Assembly (NCBI GenBank): GCA_017499595.2
Contig: CM039003.1
Location: 1,984,001 to 2,048,000 of the forward strand
Reading direction: 5' to 3'
Length of the DNA: 64,000 nucleotides
Origin: Psilocybe cubensis
Lineage: Eukaryota
Part shown: in pieces, positions 18,077 through 28,678 of the stretch
Numbering within the stretch: the first letter of the stretch is position 1
How the letters are laid out: each line of letters starts with the position of its first letter
Notes under the pieces: generated by a model
The model's input: the letters and a program-made list of their open reading frames with translations, nothing else
Told to the model about the DNA's origin: nothing
The model's database searches: none
Made by a program: the position numbers and the translations under genes

Positions 18077-19420
18077 ATGTCACCGGAGAACATTTACACC
18101 CGCCCCCATAACCTTTTCGCCACACCAGACATAAGTCCAGACGCAAATAAGGATGAGTGGAGGCAGCCTGGAGATGTACAAATTCTCCTATACCCTTACT
18201 ATTCCAAGTTCGACGCACACGAGTTAATCAAGATAGCCAGAGCTTTAGTGAACCCCCGTGGTAAGGGAATTTACGCGACAGATGAAGCACCTTATGCAAT
18301 GGATGACCTGCTCGCTTCATTGGATGAGGATCCCAAATTGAACAAAACCCGTAGTGAAGAAGATAAAAGGGAGCGCCGAAAGAAATGGAGAGTGTGCATG
18401 TACAGTGCCGCTCCGACTGGTAAACTTTTCCAAGAAGCTACGTATCCTAATGGTGCTGAAAGAATGCTTAGATTATATCTCTGGAGTGATTCTTCACGAC
18501 GAGACACTCCGCGATTTTAAGCTAGCCGAGATTCTATCTGAGAAGGGAATCATACCAGGCGTCCGCGCCAACTTAGAACTGACACCGATACCCCGATCGG
18601 AAGATGAGTTCATAGTACAAGGACTCGACGACCTTCTGTCCAAGATGCAAGCAGCCCGTGCCGAAGGCGCGCGGTTCTCCAAGTGGCGGGCACCGATAGC
18701 TTGTAGTTCTGTTGAGGGTGGCTTCCCTTCACGCATTTCTCTCGAGACTCAGGCCGAAACGTTGGCTCAGTTTGCAGCGATTAGCCAGCAAGCCGGTTTG
18801 GTCCCCATCGTTGAACCCGATGTCGATTTTTCGAGGGACGCAGATCTTACGAGAAGTGCAGAGATCCACGAGCAAGCAATTGCCATGATCTACGAGCGCA
18901 TGAGAGCCCACGGCGTCTTGTTAGAAGGTGATTAATTCTAATCGATACATCGGTTTTGGAAATTTTCTGAGACTTGGGATATATCATAGGATCCCTCATC
19001 AAGCCCTCGTTCCCCCAACCTGGGCTGCGACACCCTTCCAGGTCTAATGTCACCCCTGAAGAAATAGCTGTCGCCACTGCCACAGTTTTATCTCGTGCTG
19101 TGCCAGCAGCTGTTCCAGGAATCTTATTCTTATCTGGCAAGTGTATTCCCAATATTTTCGATCTTTCTTCTAACATGATTACAGGAGGATTGCCATCTTC
19201 ACAAGCGACGCAATGGCTGGCGGCGATAAATGCGCTAGTACTAGCGTCTCCGCCGACATCTCCTTTCACGAGATTGCCACCTCTGACGTTTTCCTATGGA
19301 CGGGCATTGCAGGGAGAGCCGATGAAACATTGGGTTAAGGGTGACGAAGAGGCTGCAAAAGCTGCCCTTGTGAAATGGTCGAAGGCATGTTGGCATGCAG
19401 CGAGAGGAGAGGTTTTGTAA
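18077..19420 (+). CDS. Class I (Schiff-base) fructose-bisphosphate aldolase-family protein
   Basis: GKGIYATDE, ISGVILHDETL, QGLDDL, GARFSKWR, GLVPIVEPD, LLEGSLIKP, GILFLSGG, LTFSYGRALQ. Introns at 18420-18471, 18928-18989 and 19137-19184 (GC-AG). Confidence 0.92.
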
Positions 19421-19524
19421 TCACAACGACGTTACGCGATTCCGATATTTGCAAAGTTGACGTTGATACGAATAATGATTATCTCTGGAAAACAAAATCG
19501 TGTTACTTGGTTGCCAGCTTAGAT

Positions 19525-20393
19525 CTACGGTGACAATCTTTCAATCTTCCAGGTAGGATGTTCATCCGATATCTCTCCCGTTCTCAGATAGCGAATGCGG
19601 TCGTGTAATCGAGAGGGCTTTCCACTCCAAAATTCAACTTCACTAAAACAGAGTCAGCAAATTTCTCATGCAACAAGGCGTAGAAGATGTACTCTGGAAT
19701 CACTCTCCAACCGCCCCAGAATTCGGGGGTAGGGACCTCAGCGCCGTCCTTCTCGTCCTGAATCCCAAACTTGGACTTGACTTTTGCCAGTCGAGCATCA
19801 AGTTCACCTTCCTGTATCACTGTACTTTGCTTACTTGCCCAAGCGCCTAGGCGGCTACCAACAGGACGACTCTGGAAGTACTCTGCGTTTTCTTCTGGAG
19901 TGAGTTTCTCAACCCGTCCGACCACTCTAACTGATCTATGAATCTCCCGCCAATATATGGCAATAGCAGCATGAGGATTGACTGAGAGTTCTTGAGATTT
20001 TCGAGAGGTGTAGTTGGTGAAAAAGACGAAACCCTTTGAGTCGACTTGTTTCAGGAGAACGACGCGTGCGGATGGGATACCATTGGGGGTCGCAGTTGAG
20101 AGTGTCATGGCTTCCGGTTCTTGCACTTTGTCGCCTTCAACAGCCTCTTTGAACCATGATCGAAACTGATCTAGAGGAGACGATGCGGCGTTGCTGGGGG
20201 TGAGATGATCCTTGGTCACGTATTGAAGGTGAGGGAGGACTTTGAGTTTATCGGCAGCAGGTTGTGCGATGACTTTGTCCATTGCGAATCGAGAGGCGCC
20301 AAACTTTTTCAGAAAGTTTCTCCGGGGGACAGATGGCTTTGGAAAGGAGCACTGAAGAGATAAGTTGAAGACATTTTTTGCTAAGGAGTGCAT
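19525..20393 (-). CDS. PDX3: Pyridoxamine/pyridoxine 5'-phosphate oxidase
   Basis: [61 protein letters not shown]-terminal WKIERLSP. Confidence 0.96.
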
Positions 20394-20993
20394 TCCAGAT
20401 TAGATGACGCGATGAACGGCTTACGACCGGAAATAGCCGACGCAAACCAGGGATCGACACCGAGTGAAGGCACACCAACGTATCAGTCGGATTTTTGTTC
20501 GCCTTGTCCAAAGGCACTTTTGCGCCGAGTTCAGGTTGACCGCATCGCCCACGTTGTATTCCGTACCTTTTGTAATCATAGAGGCTGCTTGAGAAGCATG
20601 GTTTTGGCAGCCTAAATTATCTACTTAAAATTACTCACCGACCCTTTTCATTTGTAAATCATTCTGCTACGTTGAAAACGTTAGTTATGAAGCTACATAC
20701 CTCCAAATTCCCTTCCCTTTATTGCCTCAAAAAAGCAGCAGTTCAAGTCATAAAGCTAGCTGATAATATGGATGTAAATGCAAAACCCCTGTTATTTGTG
20801 GGGTTTACCTCTGGGGCCGTAAAAAGGCTAAAAGAGGCTATGTCAACGGCGTGTCGGCAGCCGGTGACGGGTGCCTGCCTGCTTGATCGAACATTGTTGG
20901 GAGAATAATTGCTCTGTTCGTTGTCCATTCCAGTCTCTTCACTCTTCCCTTTTCTCCCAAGCCCTACAGCGCCCACGAGCGCCTAATCCTACC

Positions 20994-23900
20994 ATGCTGC
21001 ACTCCATTTACGATCTCACCACATTCTGCAGGAAGACTACTGGCGATGTCCCTGCTAAACTTGTTGTATGTGTCCTCGTTTATTCTCAGTTCCACTTTTT
21101 CCAGTTACACATGACTTTCTTCGTTCACAGGGCGCATCAACGACCGTCGTGGGCTCCAAAATGTATCTCTTTGTGAGTTGTAAGACTCTTTATTGACCAC
21201 CATGTCATTGACCTTCTGACAGGGTGGAAGATTGGTAACGGAACGTAGGATGGTATCCGACCTCTATGTTTTTGATTTGGAGACCTTCGTTTGGGAGCAA
21301 ATCCCCATGTATCCGGACGACGATGTCCCAAGAGCGCGATATTTCCATAGTGCAGATACATGTACGCTTTGATCCCATTAACTTTTACTTAACTTACAGT
21401 TGATCCAGGGAATAATCACCTCGTTGTCTTCGGTGGTATGAGCAATCAGCTCGATTCCTCAAATCCCGATGAGCTGTGTGTTCTTAACGATGTACGGCTC
21501 TACAATCTCTCTACGAGACGGTGGTTACCGTCTCCTCCCCCACCCCCTGAACCCGACCCGCTACTCCCTCGTGCTCGTTATGCCCACCTTTCTTCAGTAA
21601 CGGCAGATCGCCTATTTGTCATCGGAGGCCAGGACTTCTACAATACGTGGTTGGATGATGTATGTGTATTCGATCTCGTTACCAAGACCTGGGTGCAGAA
21701 ACGCGACTATCCAAGACATTGCGGCACCTATCGAAGTGTAGCCGTATCTTCAAATACTACCGTTCGATTCCCTCAGGAAGAAATGCAAGCTTCTCTCTCA
21801 TCTTCTTTGGAGGCCTCTGGAAGAAGATTCAAACCGTCTAAAAGTACTGCAAGTCCATCCGACGATGTGACCCCTCCTGAAGCCATGACACATCTCGCTT
21901 ATTCCGTTGAACCCACTGAAGATCATCCCAGTGATATTTACCTCTACAGCAACTATAACGTATGTCCTTCAAGTTGTTCATGTCAAGCGCATTTAATAAC
22001 TGCTTGTCATAGTTTACCGACGTTAAGCGAGAGCTTGAGGTTTTTTCACCCCTCCCAGATACGGACTTTACAATCCAAGACCGGTCTTCTTCCATGACAG
22101 GAACTACTAGTCCACCGGGTCTTCGATTCCCTACTGGCGCTATTCTCGGTACACATCTTATTATTGCAGGGACGTACCTTGCCCATAGTTACCAGTCGTT
22201 CTCTATCTGGGTTCTCGACTTGACCTCTATGACCTGGTCGCGTATAGATCCTGGGAAAGCCATTGAAACCGGTTCTTGGTTCCGAGGATGCTTGTGGGCG
22301 GATGCTAACAAATTTCTAATATTTGGGAATCGACATGGCAATCTTGTAGATGACTACAACCGACGATTGTTGAGCTGGGATCACGTCGCAGTTGTTGACC
22401 TAGAAGCCTTCGGAATATATCAGCCTCCTCCACTCAAACTGGACGTTAGAATGCAGGAGCTGGGCCTCGCAGCTCTAGAAGAGCGAGTGCTGACAGATTT
22501 TGAAGTCGTCTGTGACGACGGCGTCAGAATACCGTGCTCAAGACGCATCCTGGAAGATCGTTGGCCATGGTTCAAAGAACAACGAAAGCAGTTTTTGCGA
22601 AAGGCAACAACAACACTGGAATCGCTCCCAACATCATCGATGCATCTCCCTCTACCCGAGGTCGCAGGTGATGGAGTGCTGGATGAACCACGCGTTGACC
22701 CACGGCTGACGCCTCGAGCGTTCCATCTCTCGGAACCATATGCCGTTACAATGGCATTGCTACAATATTTTTACTCTCTCGCATTGATTACTCCGCTACA
22801 GCATACACCAGCAGTGCTGAGTCAACTATTAATTCTGGCTACTAATTACCGGATACCACATCTGGAATCACTTGTAAAACATGCCATGCACCGGTCATTG
22901 TCGAACTCGACTTCTGTGGGGGTTTATGAAGTGGCAACTTTATGCAGCTGTAGGAGTCTCCAAATTCGGTAAGATCATATGTTTTTTTCCCAACCATCAA
23001 CTGACCTTATCAATCATCAGAGCTTTAAAGACTGTTATGGTAAGTTCAATGGTTTATTATACACGTAACAATTTTGATGTGTTTGTCCCATTACATTCAG
23101 TCGTACACACAAAAGCGACCATCAAGACGAACTGAAAAAGAAAACGGGGGAAGTAGCCGACCGTCTGATAGCGGCGGCGATGGTGGTAATGGCTCGTCTA
23201 GTAAATACGTATCCCGGCCACGGGGCACTTCAGATGCCAAGTGGTCCACCATAGCCGACAGAGGAGGGGGCAGCAGTAGTTCATATAGTAAGTAGGATTT
23301 CTAAAAAAATCCTCTTGAAACTATGCCAAACGTGGAAACAAACGAAAAAAATATTAACAAAAACTATGAAGATACTATGCAAGAACTGCCAACCAATGAA
23401 CAAGCGCCGTCCACGATCGTGGTAAACATGAATGTCAATGTTGGCACTTCCCCGGCCGATCTGCAACCCTTACGACACCATTCTTCCCGCCCAAGGCTAT
23501 CATCCGTCGCCGACGCCACTTCTACCGCTCCGGGTCATCATCACAGACCCTCCGTCAGCTATATAAATAGATCTTCTTCCCTTCCCAACGAAGCTTCTTC
23601 ACCCCTAACTCCCAAGACATCTTCGAACAGCATTGGTCGTTCCTACATCGATTACCAAAATTCAGCAACTTCAGACAGTGATGCGAACAACACCACCGAT
23701 GACGAATATCATATCAACCGGAAAAGCAGCACTCCCAAACTTCATGGCATGACCCCAGTCGTCTGGCCAAAAAAGGCGCCTAACGTTCGCTGGATTGCAC
23801 CAGCTGAGCTTAATGGCCAGACAGCGCCACCGCCACACTTCGAACCTGCGCCTAACTCACAACTATCAATCTCTACATCCTCTGTTTCCAACACAGCGTC

Positions 23901-24168
23901 GCCTTCTAGTACAACGTCCACCAGCTCTGCATTTGCGAGATTTTTGGGCCACCACGAAATCACAAGGAAAAAATCGCAGACCGACGACTCGCAGGTACCG
24001 AACGCGTTCAGTACCGGTCAGCGATCTCAATCGGCGCTTGATCAGCTCAAAAGCCAAATTTTAGAAATGGAAGAAGAACGGAAGCGCTCCAAAAAGGAGT
24101 CACATATCCATGCTCTTGTCGACCAAGCAGGAAAACCTCTTACACTTTCGGGGGCGATGACTATGTAA
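20994..24168 (+). CDS. Kelch-repeat + BTB protein (Ral2/Mds3/LZTR1-like); 3' end uncertain (23295 or 24168)
   Basis: Kelch repeats (MYLF/GGR, RARYFHSA, LVVFGG, RARYAHLS, LFVIGG) then a BTB-like region (TDFEVVCDDG...ALLQYFYS...LVKHAMH). A GTAAGT donor at 23288 can join the ORF at 23323-24168. Confidence 0.85.
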
Positions 24169-24521
24169 TTCAAACCTAATTTTCTCTATTCGTATTCGTA
24201 TGGTCTGTATATTCACCCTTTCGTATCCTTTACCAAATATTTTACTACTTAACAACAATCTATAAAAGTCGGTATCTTCCTCTTCGTATTCATATGTCTT
24301 TCCTCTCTGAATATTGCTGTTACAGTTTAGTTTAAGTTCTAAATGATGGCCTCCCGGTGAATTATAAATGAACTGCTGTATAAACATAATATTACATGAT
24401 TGCATGCTGTCGTAGAGGCCCTTGGAATGAGTACAGTTCTGGGGTTGCGTTCGTCTGATATGTTGGAGGGTATTGTAGCATCATCTTCTTTGTGCTGTTG
24501 ACCTTTTCGATGCATGTAAAG

Positions 24522-26612
24522 TCAATCAGTGTTGCATGCGTCTGATACAGGGGGATGGAAAGGCGGCGGTGACATCATTTCTACATCTTCACCAACTTCG
24601 TTGAGAAGGAATTGCAATGCAAGGGAAGATTGGGACGAGGAAGCTTCGTTGGGAATTGATGGTAAACTTGGTGAGGATATCCCAAGCATAGGTTGTACAG
24701 GCGGATCTTCAACGTTGGCGGGATGAGAGTTGTCGGCACCTGTAACATCTACGACTTCAGGCGCAGGGACTTGGTTTTGCTCGTCTTCTGAATCAGGAGC
24801 GGAAAAAATGTGGTTATCTAAAGATAAGTGGGGTGGACCTGTGAGTTGTGTGATAATGAAAAGGTATAATATAAAATCTAACATTCTTTGGCGTGAGCTA
24901 AGGCGAAATGCATACTAAATTCAGTTTCATAAGATTCGCGAAAATAAGAATAAACATACCAAGGTCATTCTTTTGACGAACACATCGTGCGGCGTCAGGG
25001 CAATCTTTACGATTCATGATAGATTGATCGAGACATCCCTTCTTTCTTTCTCTAACCCACCATTCCCTGAGGCCCCAGAGAAATATTTCAGCTGCACACA
25101 GACGGCATGCTTTCGTTCGCGGAGAATCAGCACTGGGCTCTGGGCCAGGAGCAACTGAATGGATATCAGTGAATAACTCGAGTTCTAATAATGGTGCAAA
25201 TCCGCGGGGCTGTTTCTGTATGTGTTGTACAATCTATGGTTGTTTATAAACTTCCAAGTCCAAGGTGTTAAAAAAATAGCTCACTTCGCGGTATATATGC
25301 CTTGGGCTGATGCCTTGAGTGTCCAGATATTCTAACATTATTTCGACCTCAACGGTATTGCCATCGAAGCATTCGTACACTTCGGCCGATTGTATTAGAT
25401 CAGAATGCGTAGACATATTGTGCGGATGCTGAGAGAGAAGCGGCAGCGCCATGCACCGATCCTGCACTCCTATCCCGCAAAACGACACAAGACAAAGATC
25501 ACATTTTGTCGTAGTGGGTGCTCGAAGAGCAAGTAAATTCTCACTATATTTTCCCGGGAAAAATGAATACAAACCCAGGAAAACAAGAACGAGACTGACC
25601 AATTCCCGCAGTTACCATGGCCCGGTGGCACACCGTCGTCGATATGCCACGCATGATCGATATCACTGCTGGGATCAACAATAGGCTGAGGGCATCTCCA
25701 GTCGTACGGATTGTTGGGCAAACAGTGTGGACAAGGATGAACATATTCAGTGCTTCTATTCACGTCGGGCGGAGGTGATGCTTCCCTTGGAGGAGGGATC
25801 TGTAGAAAAATGAATGCAACTTCCTCAGCCCTGGCATGATATAAAGGGTCAAATAAATTTACACGGAGCGGTGTCCCAGCCTTGTAAATTTCGTCAGCTT
25901 GATCCTTTTCACGCTGTGTACGCGCCCTTTCAGGTGCGTTCCGAAGTAATCTCTCAATTATTGGTTGAAGGGCGCGGAATGGCATCGCTATTGTCGCGCC
26001 GCCGCGGCATGCAGGGCAGCTTGTGCCACCATTCTAATAAAACTCAGTGGTCAGCTTATGTCTGCGACAGGTGTAAATTCCAGAGGGGTGATTCGATGGA
26101 AAACATCCTTGCTCCGCATTATCATGTCCCCCAACCCGAGAGCTCACAAAAGTCACCAGAACCGCTTAGGAGACGCATTTACTTGAAGAAAAATACTCAC
26201 ACGAATCCAAAGGGTGCAACAGCTGTCAAAAGAAAATGACAATTAGCAATCTAGAAGCCGAAACGCGTTTCGGGGAATGAGGCGATTGAAGAGGGGTTTA
26301 CCTCCCACAGAAAAAGTGTTGACAAGGCACGACGAGGACAGGGTTATAGACGAGCCCAGAGCAACATCCACATTGGAGTTCCTCGAGGAGGTCGTCGATG
26401 AAGGTCGCCGAGTTCTCACTTGAAATGCGGTCTGTTTGATGGATGTTATCTGCCACGCCTTCCTTCATCTTCTTGCGACTGTTATCGTCAGGGCACTCAA
26501 AAGATGGGGAAGCTCTGCGCTTCAGGGAAGATGTTGAGGCTACTTGAGATGGAGATTGGTTGATGTCTGCGTGTCTATGTGGACTGCTGTGGGGCGACAA
26601 TCGTTGACTCAT
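24522..26612 (-). CDS. CHFR-like RING E3 ligase (RING + Cys-rich domain + PBZ), no FHA domain
   Basis: EELQCGCC...PCQHFFCGSC...CPACR RING; Cys-rich CPHC/CGNC/CDLC/CRLC; PBZ-like DCPDAARCVRQKNDLAHAKEYNH, assembled through a 15-nt micro-exon at 24883-24897. Confidence 0.82.
26056..26178 (-). ncRNA. Candidate intronic box H/ACA snoRNA/scaRNA
   Basis: Lies in a 167-nt intron (26034-26200). Hairpin 1 (GUCUCCUAA/UUGGGGGAC), H box ACAUGA (26122-26127), hairpin 2 (UGCGG/UCGCA, UUCCA/UGGAA), ACA at 26059-26061. Confidence 0.62.
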
Positions 26613-27887
26613 GTCGATATGATGTTGCGTAGATGTGGTACTAGTCAAGGAGTGCAGGATCGCTGCCGAAGCTCCTGCTAATTGACGATGCCTCATTTCC
26701 GCTTTTGGTAAACAAGGTCTTGGGGCTCCCCCTGGCACTTCGCAGTCACTCTCACCAGTGTATCCGCAATTAGGGTTGACTTTGTTCTTGTGCTTATAGT
26801 AAAAGTACGGATGGTTCGGGTACGATCCGGAACAATTGCGTATGCAATTTTCAGTTGCATTTTAGTACTTTGAGTTCTTGAATTTTTTGACAAAACAATT
26901 AATCTTGGCATATTGAATGAAATCGCCCGTAATGGGTAATACTAGTATTTAGTACTGCAAATGTATCTTCACAGTTAACAATATCCTTGAGTTACCATGA
27001 AACTTGACTAGTACCTGCTAATCCGCTGAGAGGACATGCGCAGGGGGAGATATTCTACTACGCAGCCGCTGATCATCTGAGAGTTTCTACTCTATCTCAT
27101 ATAACGACTTAGATTAAGAAACGGCGCCTTCAACAGGTCATTACTATAATAATCTCTCTTATGAGATTCGAGAAAGTAGAGCTGCTAAGTGCTCTCCGCT
27201 GGGCGGGCATGGGGTTTAGTCACATCTTAGTCGATCTACAAACGGTCAGTAATTTATTGAAGGATATAAGATATAGTCCAGTAAGCAATCTCAGGCTCGA
27301 GGACTTGTATACCAATAGCATTGATAATCAAATCAGAATCAAGTTGGTCAACACTGTCTCTAAGCAATTCCAAGTATCGTTGGCCAACTCTCGAGTTTCT
27401 CCAAATACCAGATCCTTGAAAAAGTCACTTCGCATGTTGTACCGGAAATATACCAATATACCGATATAACCTCGAAGTAAGCTGTTTATGACTGCCATCA
27501 CCAGGAGGCATTTGCACAATGACATGTGCCACATGTCTAGACGCGCCGGCAGTAAATGAGCGAAATAAATACGCAAAAATATGTAATACTGAGGGTTATA
27601 TGAAAATATCCTGATTTGAGTTTGTTAGAGGGTGTATTGAAGACGAGGGAGGCGCGACGCGATGACCGAAAAAGGAAGGAGCCTAATTAAGTGTGGGTCT
27701 GGACGCGTCGGACGGATCAGCTTACCAATGATGACGTATAGGCCGGTATGTGGTTATGGAGGCCTGCAGGTTTCTGACAATAAAAGGTCAGACCAGAGTG
27801 TCCGAGCAATTTTATGTACTTAAGCCAAAGAATCCGTATACGATTTCACACCCAACGGTACTGAGTTGCTTCTCCCTGGCCTCTACC

Positions 27888-28213
27888 ATGCCCCTCAACA
27901 GCCCACCATCCCGCATCGCGTCCTTCATCGATTTTTGCGTCCTGATGGCCCATACACCTTTGGTTGAGTCGGATTCCTACAAGGGTCCCTCACCAATCCA
28001 GTTGAAAACATTCTCATCAACTACCGGTCCTTCATTTGAATACCCTAGCCGCTCAGAATCTATCAGTAATGTATGCCTTTTTCTCCATCTTCTTGGATTC
28101 TCTGGTTCTCATGCGATCGTCTCCAGTCATCGCGTAGACACAGTCGCCAGTCCAGTTTATCATCCCTCGATAGCACAACCTCCTCCCAAGATGAAGAAAT
28201 CCGTTCACAATGA
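27888..28213 (+). CDS. Small (89 aa) Ser-rich protein of unknown function, 2 exons
   Basis: ACCATG start, 61-codon exon, GTATGC...CTCCAG 56-nt intron (28071-28126), in-frame exon SSRRHSRQSSLSSLDSTTSSQDEEIRSQ*, then a U-rich 3' region. Confidence 0.55.
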
Positions 28214-28678
28214 ATCTATCACCCTCGACACATGCTCATCAACCACCAATAGCGCTCGCATATCTACGGCCTTCATCTGAAGCACGACTTTAACGTCCTT
28301 TACGTCTCACGTTTTCATTAGTAGTGTAATTGTTTTTTGCATTTGTATTTTCCATATTTTACATGTTCATTGTGTATATTGATCGACATACCTTTAGCAC
28401 CTAATTCTAGTGATCTTGTTTGTAATTTCTGTTTTATTTGTGATTATTTCAAAAAATTAATTCAACGCGCAACTCTTTCTCGATATCTCATTCAGATGCT
28501 GGTAAAGCGCTCCTCGACACATTCTCATTTAGGGTGGACCTAGGTGGACCAAGTTGTTTGAAATCTACCCTGACCACTTCACTCGGATTCGCTCTCCTTC
28601 GCTTCAAGCCGGCCGGTGCTTATGTTTTCAACTACAGCCCTGTCAATTTCCAACAGCTACACGCTTCTCTTCTAGACC

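Noticed and set aside
27000-27576. ORFs 27161-27469 (+) and 27328-27576 (-)
   Set aside because: No recognisable domain or consistent splice model; a decayed remnant cannot be excluded but is unsupported.
27727-27777. ATGATGA...CTGA resembling a C/D snoRNA
   Set aside because: Only ~50 nt with no terminal stem; better explained as CCAAT/TGACGT promoter elements.
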